From Eledone cirrhosa (Eukaryota): a stretch of 64,000 bases of DNA. The notes under the pieces were generated by a model that saw only the letters and a program-made list of their open reading frames with translations, ran no database searches and was not told where the DNA came from. This document shows positions 13,783 to 27,770 of this stretch, one piece after another; position 1 is the stretch's first letter; the number at the start of each line of letters is the position of its first letter. The position numbers were made by a program, and so were the translations under genes. The stretch spans positions 338,644,001 through 338,708,000 of the forward strand of contig OZ024743.1 in assembly GCA_964016885.1 (NCBI GenBank). The letters are read 5' to 3'.

Positions 13783-13827
<45 letters not shown>

Positions 13828-13830
<3 letters not shown>

Positions 13831-13925
13831 AAAAAGTATGACTCCGACGGCAGAGCTCAAGCCGTTTCGACGGCTATTTCTGGACTGAGTCCAGAAATAG
13901 CCGTCGAAACGGGTTGAGCGCTCTA
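13828..13925. repeat. Fold-back carrying 3' halves of a hammerhead (family of 61098-61191)
   Basis: GCTCAAGCCGTTTCGACGGCTATTTCTGGACT / AGTCCAGAAATAGCCGTCGAAACGGGTTGAGC. Confidence 0.7.
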
Positions 13926-14239
13926 TATATCCGAGTTCCCAATACAACGTGAAGTTTAAGGTTTTCCATTTTTCTCATGACAGGCTGAAGAAATTAGGGC
14001 CCAGAACGCAACAAAACTTGAGTACCTGTTTATGTCACTGTTGTAATTATCTATATATATACATATATATATATATATATAGAGAGAGAGATTTTGAGTA
14101 TATGTTGGTTGTATACCAACACCTCAGTATGCAGATTGGAGCACTCGACAAAGTGCACAGGTTGGTTTGGTTACTCCGGAGTAATGTAAAATAAAATAAA
14201 CTAAATAAATCAAATGTTTAAAATTTAGCTTCGTTTATT

Positions 14240-14292
14240 ACTACTATATATATTTCGGTGACAGCCATCTTTGGCTGTGACCTCTTCAGGCA
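14240..14292 (-). ncRNA. Type I hammerhead (inverted 5' copy, stem I imperfect)
   Basis: Minus strand: CTGAAGA GGTCACAGCC AAAGAT GGCTGTCACC GAAA TATATATA. Confidence 0.7.
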
Positions 14293-15990
14293 CGGTGAAG
14301 CTCTCGTATTCCACCACGAGAAATCTGGCCCAACACATAGCTAGCATCAACAGGAGTAGGCTTAAAAACCACACACAACCAGAAGATAGCAATACAAGCA
14401 CTCAGCAGAAACATGTGAAAAGAGGGAAGGGAGGACCCAGTGCCCACCCAAGAAACCCAAACAGACCCGGGGACCCCCCACCGTGCCTGGGGGAAGACCA
14501 CCATGTAACACCTAACGGGAACCCCATTCTAGGCACGCAGAGGTCGACCACCCTCTGTAACTGCAGAAACCCCGAATCATGCCTCCTTGGTAATGAATGC
14601 CTTAAGAAGAACCTAGTATACGGTTGTAGAGTTAAAACCCCCAACTCCGACACCTCTACATAGGAGCCACATCAACGAGCTTTAAAGACCGCTGGTACAA
14701 CCATCGCCATTCCTTCAATAAGGAGGCCAAAAGGAAAAGCACGGCTCTCTCCGACCTGATCTGGCCTGGTACATAATCAGGAAAGTACCACCCGATAAAG
14801 GGGGATCTTGCATATGCAAACTATGCCTGAACGAGACCCTCGAGATACTAAGAGGTGGAAGCGGCCTGATAAACTTCAGAACCGACTTCTTCGGGACATG
14901 CAGACACCTCAGAGCCGGGACCTTCCTCAAGATATATGGACAGTAGCAACACAAGAAAATGTGAACTCCCCTCAAGTGATAGGGACTTCTGCAGAACATG
15001 TAGACACCTCTCGGCCAGACCTCCCTCAAGCTATATGGGCACTAACAACACCCTAGGTTGAGAACTCTCCTCAAGCCATAAGGACCAACCCAGGCTGAGC
15101 TGACACCCTGATAGCCTAGAGATTGATTCGGACACAGCCATTATAATTTGGCCAACATCTTTATAACACAAACACATTTTATTTTACTTGATTTCTGATT
15201 TTTCAATTTTTCAATTTTTCAATCTTGATTTCTCTTTATTAATTTATTTGTTTTCTGTTCTCTTCTTCACTTTATCACCTTATATTTATTTTTAAGTTGA
15301 GATTGGTTATAACACAAACACATTTTATTTGATTATCTTATTCTTTTATTCTTTACCATCTTGTTCCTCACACCAATCTATCCAACATATTTCTGACCTT
15401 GGGATTGGTTATAGCACACACACACTTTATCTTACTTTATTTCAAACTTCATTTTATTTTTCACTTCTCCATATTCATTTTCATTACTTTTTCATTAATT
15501 TTTCATTTATTCTTTATTCTCTATTTATTATTTATTTTCTGTTTTCTTCATTTTATTGCCTTATATTTCTTCATATACAAGGAATGCTCTCAAAACTGAC
15601 CAATGGGAAGTTTGACATTTTTTTGTTATTTTGTTCCTTTACCATTTTATTCCTTCTACCACTTTATCAATTTTTTTTTTCTAACCCCAACAATAACAAC
15701 ACTACCAACACAAGAATTGAGGTCAGATGTACCTAACAATAACCAGAACAACAACTACAGATTGGCTTGCCTCAGAACGAATTTCTATAGACTTTTGAAT
15801 GAGGAATGTTCTAACAACTGACCAATGAGAGGAGAAGAGGCCCTTTGACACTGAAATTCGTTTGTTTGAATTCATATGATTCCAGTTCCTCAGTGAAATA
15901 ACAACCCAACAAGGAACTGGGCATATCAGAGTATCGACAAAGTTAAACACCTCAACAACATGTGTACTCGTCTCTACCACACTAATTCGG

Positions 15991-16045
15991 TCTACCTGAA
16001 GAGGTCACAGCCAAAGATGGCTGTCACCGAAATATATATAGCAGT
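15991..16045 (+). ncRNA. Type I hammerhead ribozyme
   Basis: CTGAAGA(15996)-GGTCACAGCC-AAAGAT-GGCTGTCACC-GAAA-TATATA-TA^GCAGT; stem I mutated in this copy. Confidence 0.8.
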
Positions 16046-16086
16046 AATAAACGAAGTCAAATTTTAAACATTTGACTTATTTATTT

Positions 16087-16185
<99 letters not shown>

Positions 16186-16235
16186 CATAAAATAAAATAA
16201 ATAAGTCAAATGTTTAAAATTTGGCTTCGTTTATT

Positions 16236-16290
16236 ACTGCTATATATATTTCGGTGACAGCCATCTTTGGCTGTGACCTCTTCAGGCAGT
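16236..16290 (-). ncRNA. Type I hammerhead ribozyme (solo pLTR fragment between TA tracts)
   Basis: ACTGC-CTGAAGA-stem II-GAAA-TATATATA^GCAGT with perfect stem I. Confidence 0.85.
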
Positions 16291-16313
16291 CCGAATTAGT
16301 GTGGTAGAGACGA

Positions 16314-16370
<57 letters not shown>

Positions 16371-16373
<3 letters not shown>

Positions 16374-17706
16374 GTTTGAATATGTGTAATAAAGCCAAAA
16401 CAATGCAGGTATGGACATAGAAAAAAGAATGCAATTGTAAAAGATATTGTTGACAATTCGTCCTTTACCTTGAATTTATTTAAATGTCCTTAATTTTCAA
16501 GATAATATCTCTTCTTTGGAGGGAAATAAAGGTCTCAAACCAGCGCTTTAAATATCTAGCCAAGCCATGCTGACAGGAAATAGTATAGAGTATCTGTTCT
16601 ATCTCTAATATCAAAGAATTAAAATTAGGTGGATAAAGAGTAGTCTCCCTTTAAAAGGGGTTTGTTTAGGTTTTTTTTTGTTTTTATTTTATATACATGC
16701 CTGTATACGTGTGTGGGAGAATGCATGAAGGTGTAGGTATGTGGGTGTGTGTGTGTGAGTGTGGGAAGATAGGTCTATTCGTAAATGTGGGGGGTAGGTG
16801 TTATCTGGTGTTAGAACTGGTTTTGTGTGTGTATGTGTGAGAGAGAATAAGTGGAGGTGTGCACGTGTGTGTGTGCGCGTGCGTGTGTGTGGGGGGGGGG
16901 GGGTGTAAATATGGGGCTAGAGGCCCTATCAGGTTATAAATTGGGTGTTGAGTTCTAGTCTATTATTGATTGGTGGTTGTGTTTTATCTATAATTAGTGC
17001 TTCCTTAATTCTAAGATTGCCGAGATTTCTTTCCTTAGTTTCTATCCTAACTGTTATGGTTTTATCGGTGTTTTTGCATTTAACTAGGTGTTTCTTAAAT
17101 GAGGAAGCGTTAGTATTGAGGTGTTCTTTTATTCTTATGTGGAGTGGTCTGGTGGTGCTACCTACGTAGAAGTTGTTGCATTTGTCACACTCTAGTCTGT
17201 ATACTACGTAAGCCTGGTGGCATAGGTCTGTGTCGTTGATGGGGCAGTTGGCTAGTCTGCAGCAGTTGTCATGTCTGGTGGAGTGTCTCTTGGCCAGCCG
17301 TCCGCGCAGAGAAGGACCCGAGTAGGCCAGTTGGATATCCAGTCCCTCTCGTCTGATGGCTCTGCGGATGGCTGTTGTTGTTTCTTCGCTGAAGTGTGGG
17401 AGCTTCAGGAAGCAAGTGTTAGTGCCTCGGGTGTGGTGTCCTCTGTTCTTTCTGTGCTAATTGATATTAGAGATAGAACAGATACTCTATACTATTTCCT
17501 GTCAGCATGGCTTGGCTAGATATTTAAAGCGCTGGTTTGAGACCTTTATTTCCCTCCGAAGAAGAGATATTATCTCGAAAATTAAGGACATTTAAATAAA
17601 TTCAAGGTAAAGGACGAATTGTCAACAATATCTTTTACAATTGCATTCTTTTTTCTATGTCCATACCTGCATTGTTTTGGCTTTATTACACATATTCAAA
17701 CGTTTA
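16371..17706 (-). mobile_element. Truncated PLE (second GIY-YIG type) with inverted terminal copy
   Basis: Minus strand about 17265-16950 reads CRLANCPINDTDLCHQAYVVYRLECDKCNNFYVGSTTRPLHIRIKEHL; 16371-16613 is the reverse complement of 17461-17704; degenerate hammerhead CCGAAGA-AGAGAT..ATCTC-GAAA at 17553-17587. Confidence 0.8.
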
Positions 17707-17868
17707 TACCTCATTACACAATGCTTCAAGTGAACTATAACCTCCTCCCTTATATATATATATATATATATATATAACGAAGGAAATGTGGTAAGGAACC
17801 AGGTGGACCATAATGCACCAAAGTAACGTCGAAACGGGTTGAGCTCAGCCGTCGGGGTCCTACTCGTT

Positions 17869-17935
<67 letters not shown>

Positions 17936-18069
17936 TTTCAGTTATTAGGAGTATTCCAAAGCTTGGTAGAACAAGTTGTGAGGAAAGTTCTCAACATACG
18001 TTAAGGTGACTCGACAGGTTGGTAGGGATTCTATAGTGGAAACACGAACAAACGAGGAGTGTAATCAAA

Positions 18070-18384
18070 GAAGAGAAATAGGACGAAGGTAAACAGTTAC
18101 AAAAGAATTTAATCCACGTATTAACAATTGTTTCATCAGAATTTCAGTCTATTATTGCTACACTATGTTATAATAGGCAATCAAGAAAGATACTGTAGCA
18201 TCCGAATTTTCAAAATACAAAGTTGATTCCAAATTTGTATTTTGAAAATTCGGATGCTACAGTATCTTTCTTGATTGCCTATTATAACATAGTGTAGCAA
18301 TAATGGACTGAAATTCTGATGAAACAATTGTTAATACGTGGATTAAATTCTTTTGTAACTGTTTACCTTCGTCCTATTTCTCTT

Positions 18385-18388
<4 letters not shown>
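18070..18388. repeat. Near-perfect fold-back (arms about 150 bp) with a hammerhead in each arm
   Basis: 18070-18222 is the reverse complement of 18233-18388; abuts (TA)n. Confidence 0.9.
18237..18337 (+). ncRNA. Type I hammerhead, U3-A8 core variant
   Basis: GTATT-TTGAAAA-TTCGGA..TGCTACA/TGTAGCA..TTCTGAT-GAAA-CAATTG-TT^AATAC. Confidence 0.75.
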
Positions 18389-18466
<78 letters not shown>

Positions 18467-18503
18467 TCAGAGCAAACAGCACGGACACTCTATCTCAAAA
18501 TTA

Positions 18504-18540
18504 TTTTTGAAAAGCATTTAGAAATGCGCAACCGGTAAAA
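18504..18540 (+). ncRNA. Degenerate minimal hammerhead (GAAA mutated to GCAA)
   Basis: TTT-TTGAAAA-GCATTT-AG-AAATGC-GCAA-CCGG-TA^AAA; same layout as 48750-48787. Confidence 0.55.
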
Positions 18541-18689
18541 ACTTAAAACCACAACTGAATACTAACCCATACAATCACTAATACTCTTTTATTCCTAATT
18601 AAACCATTTTTCAACTGTGAACAATTTGTCAGCATTTTCTATTCCGTTTACCAATATATAATAACTTGTGTGTTACACCTCTATTCTTT

Positions 18690-18788
<99 letters not shown>

Positions 18789-18801
18789 TTAATATAGATG
18801 A

Positions 18802-18850
18802 GATTCTGCAGGACTAGAACTGTTTCATTCATTAGAAATCATCAGGAATC
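18802..18850 (-). ncRNA. Type I hammerhead of the large PLE (U16.1 mutated to C in this copy)
   Basis: GATTC-CTGATGA-TTTC-TAAT-GAAT-GAAA-CAG..CTG-CA^GAATC; sister copies at 46242-46336 read CTG-TA^GAATC. Confidence 0.75.
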
Positions 18851-19330
18851 TGGGTATCAAAAAATAAGTATGATATTTATAGGTCTCTTCAAGTGGTAGG
18901 AGAGGGTAGGGAGTGGGATGGGTGTAAGTCATTGGTTGATAGAAAAGGGAATTCATTAAAAGCTAATTCTTCAAAGATAAAGTTTATTTTTAGAGTAACA
19001 AAGGCAGAAAGAATTCTATAAACAAGTTCAGGATGGGGTGCCACTCCTTATTTTTAAGTTTCTCTTAAGCTAACAGGTGTCTATAAGATCAGTGGGGGTC
19101 AGTCATGGTTGATGGATTTAAAGGAAAGGGAGATTCTTTAAAAGCTAAATTCTTTAAGGTTCTACTAAGTGACAAAGGTTTAGAGAATTCTGTAGACAAA
19201 TTCAAAATATTGAGTGCATATCATACTATTATCTTCAAATTTATCTTAAACTATTCAACTATATGCCAAAAATCAACAGACACATTCATAAACACACTCA
19301 CTCACACACTCGCGCGCACCCACAAACACC

Positions 19331-19396
<66 letters not shown>

Positions 19397-19499
19397 CATA
19401 TACAAACATACATACACACACACATACATATATATATATATACATACACACAAATATACACACACATACGTACACACATACACACATACATATACATAA

Positions 19500-19538
<39 letters not shown>

Positions 19539-19582
19539 TACATACATACACCTACATATATACATATACACAACTACACACA

Positions 19583-19638
<56 letters not shown>

Positions 19639-19757
19639 CACACATACATGTGCACACATACATATATACACATACATATATATACACATTTACACACATA
19701 TACACACACATACACACACACATATATATATATATACATATATATACATACATACAC

Positions 19758-19807
<50 letters not shown>

Positions 19808-19917
19808 TCTTACATACACACACACACATACGCACACATACATACATATATATACATATATATATATATATACACACATACACACATATATATATATACA
19901 TAGACACACATACAAAT

Positions 19918-19996
<79 letters not shown>

Positions 19997-20208
19997 CACA
20001 TACACGCACACACACACACATATATACATATATATACACACATACACACATATATAAATAAATAAATAAATAAATAAATACACACACAGAGAGAACCACA
20101 CAAACACATACACATATATATACACACACACCCGCACACACATATATATATACACACATACACACACATATATATACATACATATATATATATATATATA
20201 TACACACA

Positions 20209-21888
20209 GAAATCGCCAAGTCCCTTAAATTACACGACCGAACCGAACCTTTAAGATTAAAGACCCCGCACTTTACCCTGAAGGACCATAAGGGAAACTT
20301 TCTCAACAAACCATCAGTCAGACTTATCAACCCCACTCGTTCAGACATCGGCTCTATCAGTAAGAAGATCCTGGATAGAGTTCTACCATCATTGCGGGCT
20401 GCCTCACCCCTCCCTCTCTGGAGCAGAACATCTGAGGCAATATCCTGGTTCCAAGAATTACCCGACAAACACCACACTCGCTTCCTGCAACTCGATATAG
20501 AAAACTACTATGCCTCTATCTCGGAGCCCCTCCTGAATGACGCAATTAACTTTGCCAGGAATTTTACCACCATTACCGATGCTGAGCAAGTTGTTATCCT
20601 CCACGCCCGTAAGACCTTTCTATACCACGATGGATCTTACTGGATCAACAAGAAATCTCAGACCCCATTTGACGTTAGCATAGGAGCGAGTGACTCGGCT
20701 GAAATTAGCGACCTTGTGGGCTTGTACATCCTACATCACCTGAAGAACCTCTTTACTGGCCTAACCGGAGGTTTATACCGAGACGACGGCCTCTTCGCCC
20801 TGCATAAGGTTAACCCCAGAACCACCGATGGGTTTCGGAAAAACTTAAGCTCGTTCTTCTCTAATCTAGGATTTAGTATAACTATAGAATCTAATTTGAC
20901 TAGGGCCAACTTCTTGGATGTCACTCTCGACCTAGATACTTCCCTCTATTACCCGTACCACAAACCTAACGAGTCCCTTAGATATATTAATGTTAATTCA
21001 AACCACCCCCAAAACATCACTGATAACCTAGTAAAAAGCGTCTCTATTAGAATATCTGGCCTCTCCGCCAACAAAGATTTGTTTAACGCCTCTGCCTCCT
21101 ACTACAATGACGCCCTCGCCCGCAGCGGATTTAAAGAAAAGATAACCTACCTAGAAACCACCGCAAGATTGCAGAGGAGGAATAGGCATAGGCAGATTAG
21201 CTGGTACAACCCTCCCTTCAATAGAGAGGTCTCTACACCGATAGCTAGGATTTTCTTCACTTTGCTGAAATCACACTTCCCCATACAACATAGGTACCAC
21301 ACCATCTTTAAAAAGAACACAATAAGACTCTCCTACTCCACCACACCTAACCTAGCTAGGAATATAGCCAACCACAATTCTAAAAAATTAAATAAGCCAA
21401 CCACCTCCGAACCCAAACCCCGGACTGGGGCCTTGTGTAATTGCCTAAATAAGGAAGCATGCCCACTTGAAAACAAATGCCTCACAAATGATATCGTATA
21501 CAAATGCGATGTCATCTCAGGCACCGATGATTGCAATAACAAAATAACTTACATCGGCATGACCTCCAATAACTTTAAGACTCGTTGGTATGCCCATACC
21601 CACTCCTTCAGAAGACCGGACAAATCAAACCAGACAACACTCGCCTCCTATGTTTGGGACCTCAAAAGGAACTCCACCCCCTTCACGCTTAAATGGAAAA
21701 TACTCCAGAAAGCGCGCTCTTACAACGGAGAACACAAGAGCTGCGACCTTTGTATCTCAGAGAGCTACGAAATTTTATTCGCCAGGGGCCCGCTATTGAA
21801 CAAACTCTCTGAACACTGCCCGAACTGCATGCACAAGAACTTTGCAACTTTCAAATACTTTAAGCCAGTGTTAAAGCCCGATGGCTAA
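20209..21888 (+). CDS. PLE reverse transcriptase + Cys-rich linker + GIY-YIG endonuclease (5'-truncated, no internal stops)
   Basis: Frame is open from 20209: [85 protein letters not shown]. Confidence 0.92.
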   Translation, partial: EIAKSLKLHDRTEPLRLKTPHFTLKDHKGNFLNKPSVRLINPTRSDIGSISKKILDRVLPSLRAASPLPLWSRTSEAISWFQELPDKHHTRFLQLDIENYYASISEPLLNDAINFARNFTTITDAEQVVILHARKTFLYHDGSYWINKKSQTPFDVSIGASDSAEISDLVGLYILHHLKNLFTGLTGGLYRDDGLFALHKVNPRTTDGFRKNLSSFFSNLGFSITIESNLTRANFLDVTLDLDTSLYYPYHKPNESLRYINVNSNHPQNITDNLVKSVSIRISGLSANKDLFNASASYYNDALARSGFKEKITYLETTARLQRRNRHRQISWYNPPFNREVSTPIARIFFTLLKSHFPIQHRYHTIFKKNTIRLSYSTTPNLARNIANHNSKKLNKPTTSEPKPRTGALCNCLNKEACPLENKCLTNDIVYKCDVISGTDDCNNKITYIGMTSNNFKTRWYAHTHSFRRPDKSNQTTLASYVWDLKRNSTPFTLKWKILQKARSYNGEHKSCDLCISESYEILFARGPLLNKLSEHCPNCMHKNFATFKYFKPVLKPDG

Positions 21889-22135
21889 AAACGACCTCCT
21901 CCTATTAGCCCCTATACCCCCTTCCCACCCTACAACCACCCCCACCCCTCAACCTGAAATACGGCCAATATGGTTATGTGAGTACCTCTTACCTATCTGC
22001 ATTTTCTGCCTGTAGAGCTGTTTTTATGTGCCTGTGTATATGCGTATATTTATTGAGTACTTGTTTATGTGTATGTGTATATATTTGTGTGTATGTGTGT
22101 ATATGTGTATGTATGTATATGTATGTGTACATATA

Positions 22136-22178
<43 letters not shown>

Positions 22179-22383
22179 GTGTGTGTATGTGTGTATATAT
22201 ATGTGTGTGGATGTGTGTGTGTATATATATGTGTGTATGTGTTTGTGTGGTTCTCTCTGTGTCTGTATTTATTTATTTATTTATATATGTGTGTATGTGT
22301 GTATATATATGTATATATACGTGTGTGTGCGTGCGTGTATGTGTATATGTATATATATATATATGTATATTTGTATGTGTGTC

Positions 22384-22490
<107 letters not shown>

Positions 22491-22531
22491 ATGTATGTAT
22501 GTGTATGTGTATGTGTGTGTGTGTATGTATG

Positions 22532-22582
<51 letters not shown>

Positions 22583-22603
22583 GTGTATGTATGTATATAT
22601 ATG

Positions 22604-22638
<35 letters not shown>

Positions 22639-22741
22639 ATGTGTGTGTATATGTGTGTATATATATATGTGTGTGTGTATATGTGTGTAAATGTGTATAT
22701 ATATGTATGTGTATATATGTATGTGTGCACATGTATGTGTG

Positions 22742-22804
<63 letters not shown>

Positions 22805-22857
22805 GTGTGTATGTGTGTATATGTGTATATGTAGGTGTTAGTATGTATGTGTGTGTG

Positions 22858-22950
<93 letters not shown>

Positions 22951-22957
22951 ATATATA

Positions 22958-23009
<52 letters not shown>

Positions 23010-23279
23010 ATGTGTATATATATATATATGTGTATATATATGTATGTATGTGTGTGTGTATGTGTGTGTGTGTATGTATGTATATATATATATATAGTAA
23101 GTAAAAAATTTTTTAAAAATTTTTTTAAAAATATTTTCTTATTTTACGTCTTTTATATTATTGTTCTGCACCCTCCTGCATTGAACCACCTAGGTACTAT
23201 GACATAACCTGTGTATTTGCTGGCATGGACGTGCATCTGTGCGCCTATGTTAGTTGATATATTAAATTATCTATATATG

Positions 23280-23312
<33 letters not shown>

Positions 23313-23327
23313 GTGTATGTATGTATA

Positions 23328-23372
<45 letters not shown>

Positions 23373-23493
23373 ATGTGTGTGTATATGTGTGTATATATAT
23401 GTGTGTGTGTATATGTGTGTAAATGTGTATATATATGTATGTGTATATATGTATGTGTGCACATGTATGTGTGTATATATATATATATATATT

Positions 23494-23538
<45 letters not shown>

Positions 23539-23581
23539 GTGTGTATGTGTGTATATGTGTATATGTAGGTGTATGTATGTA

Positions 23582-23628
<47 letters not shown>

Positions 23629-23679
23629 TTATGTATATGTATGTGTGTATGTGTGTACGTATGTGTGTGTATATTTGTT

Positions 23680-23720
<41 letters not shown>

Positions 23721-23771
23721 TTATGTATATGTATGTGTGTATGTGTGTACGTATGTGTGTGTATATTTGTT

Positions 23772-23816
<45 letters not shown>

Positions 23817-23821
23817 ATATG

Positions 23822-23904
<83 letters not shown>

Positions 23905-23957
23905 ATATATGTATATATATGTGTATATATATATGTGTGTGTGTGTGTATATGTGTA

Positions 23958-24030
<73 letters not shown>

Positions 24031-24080
24031 GGTGTATGTGTGTGTATGTGTGTATATATGTATATATATATGTGTATATA

Positions 24081-24153
<73 letters not shown>

Positions 24154-24539
24154 GTATATATGTATGTGTGGGTGTTTGTGGGTGCGCGCGAGTGTGTGAG
24201 TGAGTGTGTTTATGAATGTGTCTGTTGATTTTTGGCATAAAGAATCTCCCTTTCCTTTAAATCCATCAACCATGACTGACCCCCACTTATCTTATAGACA
24301 CCTGTTAGCTTAAGAGAAACTTAAAAATAAGGAGTGGCACCCCATCCTGAACTTGTTTATAGAATTCTTTCTGCCTTTGTTACTCTAAAAATAAACTTTA
24401 TCTTTGAAGAATTAGCTTTTAATGAATTCCCTTTTCTATCAACCAATGACTTACACCCATCCCACTCCCTACCCTCTCCTACCACTTGAAGAGACCTATA
24501 AATACCATACTTATTTTTGATACCCAGATTCCTGATGAT

Positions 24540-25765
24540 ATTAAACATTTGACTTATTTATTTTATTTTATATATATATATATATATAAAATAAAATAAA
24601 TAAGTCAAATGTTTAAAATTTGGCTTCGTTTATTACTGCTATATATATTTCGGTGACAGCCATCTTTGGCTGTCACCTCTTCAGGCAGTCCGAATTAGTT
24701 TGGTAGAGACGGTACACATGTTGTTGAGGTGTTTAACTTTGTCGATACTCTGATATGCCCAGTTCCTGGTTGAGTTGTTATTTCACTGAGGAACTGGAAT
24801 CATATGAATTTAAACAATCGAATTTCAGCGTCAAAGGACATCTCCTCTCATTGGTCAGTTGTGAGAACATTCCTCAGTCAAAAGTCTATAGAAATTCGTT
24901 CTGAGGCGAGGCACTCTGTAGTGGTTGTTCTTGTTATTGTTAAGTACATATTACCTCTACTCTTATGTTTGTAGTGGTGTTGGTGTTGGAGTTAGCTCAA
25001 AAAAATGATAAAGTGGTAGAAGGAATAAGATGGTAAAGGAACAAAATAAAATAATCAAATAAAATGTGTTTGTGTTATACCCAATCTCAACGTTAGAAAG
25101 GTTTGCAAGGTCACTCCTCCCATTGGTCAGTTTTGAGAGCATTTCTCAGTTAAAAGTCTATAGAAATTCTTTCTGGGGTGAGGCTACCTGTAGTGTTTGT
25201 TTTTGCTATTAAGTACATCTAACCTCTACCCTTATTTTGGTAGTGGTGTTGCTGCTGTGGTCAGCCTAGGTCTTGTTGCTGCTGACATTAACAAGTATCT
25301 GTGTGTGTTTTTTCATCCATCCTGCCACCATTTCTCGTGGTGGTGGTGGGTGGGGGGGGGGGTTGTGCCATGCATATGAAGAAATAGAAGGCAATAAAGT
25401 GAAGAAAACAGAAAACAAGTGAAAAGAAAATTAAAAAAATGAAGATTCAAGTCAAATAAAATGTGTGTGTGTTATAAAGATGTTGGCCAAATTAGAAAGG
25501 CTGTGTCAGAATCAATCTCTAGGCTATCATGGTGTCTTCTCAGCCTGGGTGGGTCCCTATGGCTTGAGGGGAGTTCCCAACCTAGGGTGTTGTTACTGCC
25601 CATATAGCTTGAGGGAGGTCCGGCCGAGAAGTGTCTACATGTTCTGGAGAAGTCCATATCGCTTGAGGGGAGTTCACATCTCAGTGTGTTGTTACTGTCC
25701 ATATAGCTTGAGGAAGGTCCCGGCCCTGAGGTGTCTGCATGAGGTGTCTGCATGAGGTGTCTGCA
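24540..25765 (-). mobile_element. Diverged minus-strand copy of the 14.9-16.1 kb PLE 3' region with hammerhead
   Basis: Reverse complement of 14895-16090. Confidence 0.8.
24635..24689 (-). ncRNA. Type I hammerhead ribozyme, fully paired
   Basis: ACTGC-CTGAAGA-GGTGACAGCC-AAAGAT-GGCTGTCACC-GAAA-TATATA-TA^GCAGT. Confidence 0.9.
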
Positions 25766-26074
25766 AATTTATACGGGAACAAAACAGAGAGGCAGACAAA
25801 TAAAGGCTTATTAGGTTCACGCTTTTGAGAATGGGGGGGGGTATCAATAAGCTCAATAGACTTTATCTAGAGCCATAATAACCAAATGAAAAGATATGTT
25901 TATATATAGAGAGAGAAAGGGCCATATATCGTAAAGAAAACACGGTATATTATAAATATCCCAAATACATATTCTATAGAAGAATATGTACACAGGTTAA
26001 ATCGTAAGTGAAACCTTATAGCACTATTTCATACCTGGAAAGTGTGACTAAAAATCGATCTATGTAATCAATCA

Positions 26075-26245
26075 TCAAAAGAAAAAAATCAAACAATATA
26101 TTCGATCATCGAAGACAAATTATCGATTATGATAAAACCACATGAGACTAAACCTCTGAAGAGTACCTGAGTCTCGTGTGCTTTAATCATAATCGATAGT
26201 TTGTCTTTGATGATCGAATATATTGTTTGATTTTTTTTTTTTGTG
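26075..26245. repeat. Fold-back inverted repeat
   Basis: AAATCAAACAATATATTCGATCATC...GAGACT / AGTCTC...GATGATCGAATATATTGTTTGATTT; loop contains CTGAAGA. Confidence 0.75.
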
Positions 26246-26645
26246 GTTGACGGCTGAGAGAAAAGAATACTTAATCCTGAAGTCGAGTTTTAATATTCAT
26301 TTTATTAAGACTAAATAGTGAGTTTTGTTACTTTGGAGTTTCATCTGTTTATCACAGGGTCATCAAAGATGACCCTGTGATAAACATGCGAAACTCAACT
26401 CCATTTAAAATGAATATATAATCCCACACTAGCGATTAATAAAAAATATTGGAGTTATCTTTCCTTTTTTCAATCATAAAAACTTTTTATACATAACTCC
26501 GTTAATTTAACCTTATAAATTGTAACTACCTATTTATTTATTTTTTTATTTATAAATCAACATCCCATATATGTTGTGTGTGTGTATGTACGTATGTATA
26601 TATATATATATATGTGTATATATATATGTGTGTGTGTGTGTGTGT

Positions 26646-26699
<54 letters not shown>

Positions 26700-27620
26700 T
26701 AGCGAGAATCGTATTTCGGCTTAGGAATTAACGAAAAACAACTTCCGAGATGTGTGGCAAGCGCTCAATGATTCAGATGAACCAGAGCTACAACATACGT
26801 TAGAGGCCAAACACACTGAGACGATGTTTAAACAATCATCCGCACAACCAAGAAACGACCAAGTAATTCGGGTCAAACAAATAAAAATATATGTGATTGA
26901 AAATTATATATATATATATTTATATATAAGTATGTACACGTACATACATATATGTATACAGACGTACAGTAGTATGTATATATATATACATACATGCACA
27001 CATATATATATGTACGTATGGATTCACCGAACATTTATTATAATGCTCGGTGTGTTTGTAAACAAACATCCCGTATTAAGCCGTAGTGTCTAGCAACCAT
27101 CGTTGCTCCTTTGTTGAACACTGACAAAGGAACGCTGTACTAGTTTCAAGCTTATTAGCTATCGTCAGCAACGTATACTTTCCTGCCAGATTGTTGAACG
27201 TCTATACTTACCTTATGCATATTAACAGCTGAGTAGCCCAATTTGCATATCGAGTGGGTTAATCGGCCGGGTGCACCAAAAACGATAAACGGAAAAAATG
27301 AAACGAAATTTCATTTCCCACTCTTAGTACGGCTGTTAAATGTAAGTATGTTAAATGTAAGTATGTACACGTACATACATATATGTATACAGACGTACAG
27401 TAGTATGTATATATATATACATACATGCACACATTTATTATAATGCTCGGTGTGTTTGTAAACAAACATCCCGTATTAAGGAGAATATACCTTAACGGTC
27501 CAAGTTTTCCTTGGATAGTAAGTGGATAGTATCCAAGGAAAGTGGATAGTATCCAAGGAAAACTTGAACCGTTAAGGTATATTCTCCTTGGTTATGTCAA
27601 AATTTATAAAACACACTTCG

Positions 27621-27681
27621 TATTTTATCTGATGATAGTGTACCAAAATGTTGGTACCCTTGAAATATATATAATAGAATA
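27621..27681 (+). ncRNA. Type I hammerhead ribozyme
   Basis: TATTTTAT-CTGATGA-..GTACCAA-AATG-TTGGTAC..-GAAA-TATATA-TA^ATAGAATA; preceded by an inverted tail at 27478-27589; downstream sequence shared with the 59586 copy. Confidence 0.8.
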
Positions 27682-27770
27682 AATATGGTTTTATAAATAT
27701 AGTTTCCATTTATTTAATATCATTGTATATTATACTCCAGAAAACCTGTCGGATATATATATATATATAA

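Larger units (their letters stand above)
11159..13786 (+). mobile_element. Partial-tandem PLE-derived non-coding element (two ~1.1-kb units), each with a hammerhead, and an inverted 5' tail
   Basis: 11219-12508 duplicated at 12697-13786; inverted segment 11160-11220; ends in (TA)n; diverged minus-strand relative at 29850-30385. Confidence 0.7.
14185..16095 (+). mobile_element. 5'-truncated Penelope-like element: inverted hammerhead tail, RT-thumb/Cys-linker/GIY-YIG fragment, long 3' repeat with hammerhead
   Basis: VKLSYSTTRNLA, LCNCRNPESCLLGNECLKKNLVY and, after a frameshift, YIGATSTSFKDRWYNHRHSF match the 20209-21888 protein; 14190-14292 is an inverted copy of 15994-16092. Confidence 0.85.

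Noticed and set aside
14900-15110. About 54-bp periodic repeats (also 42463-42620 and 32440-33400) that could look like repeat-spacer arrays
   Set aside because: Degenerate tandem repeats without unique spacers, inside eukaryotic transposons; not CRISPR
26347-26385. Hairpin TGTTTATCACAGGGTCATC-AAA-GATGACCCTGTGATAAACA
   Set aside because: Probably another small fold-back scar; no evidence for a miRNA or terminator
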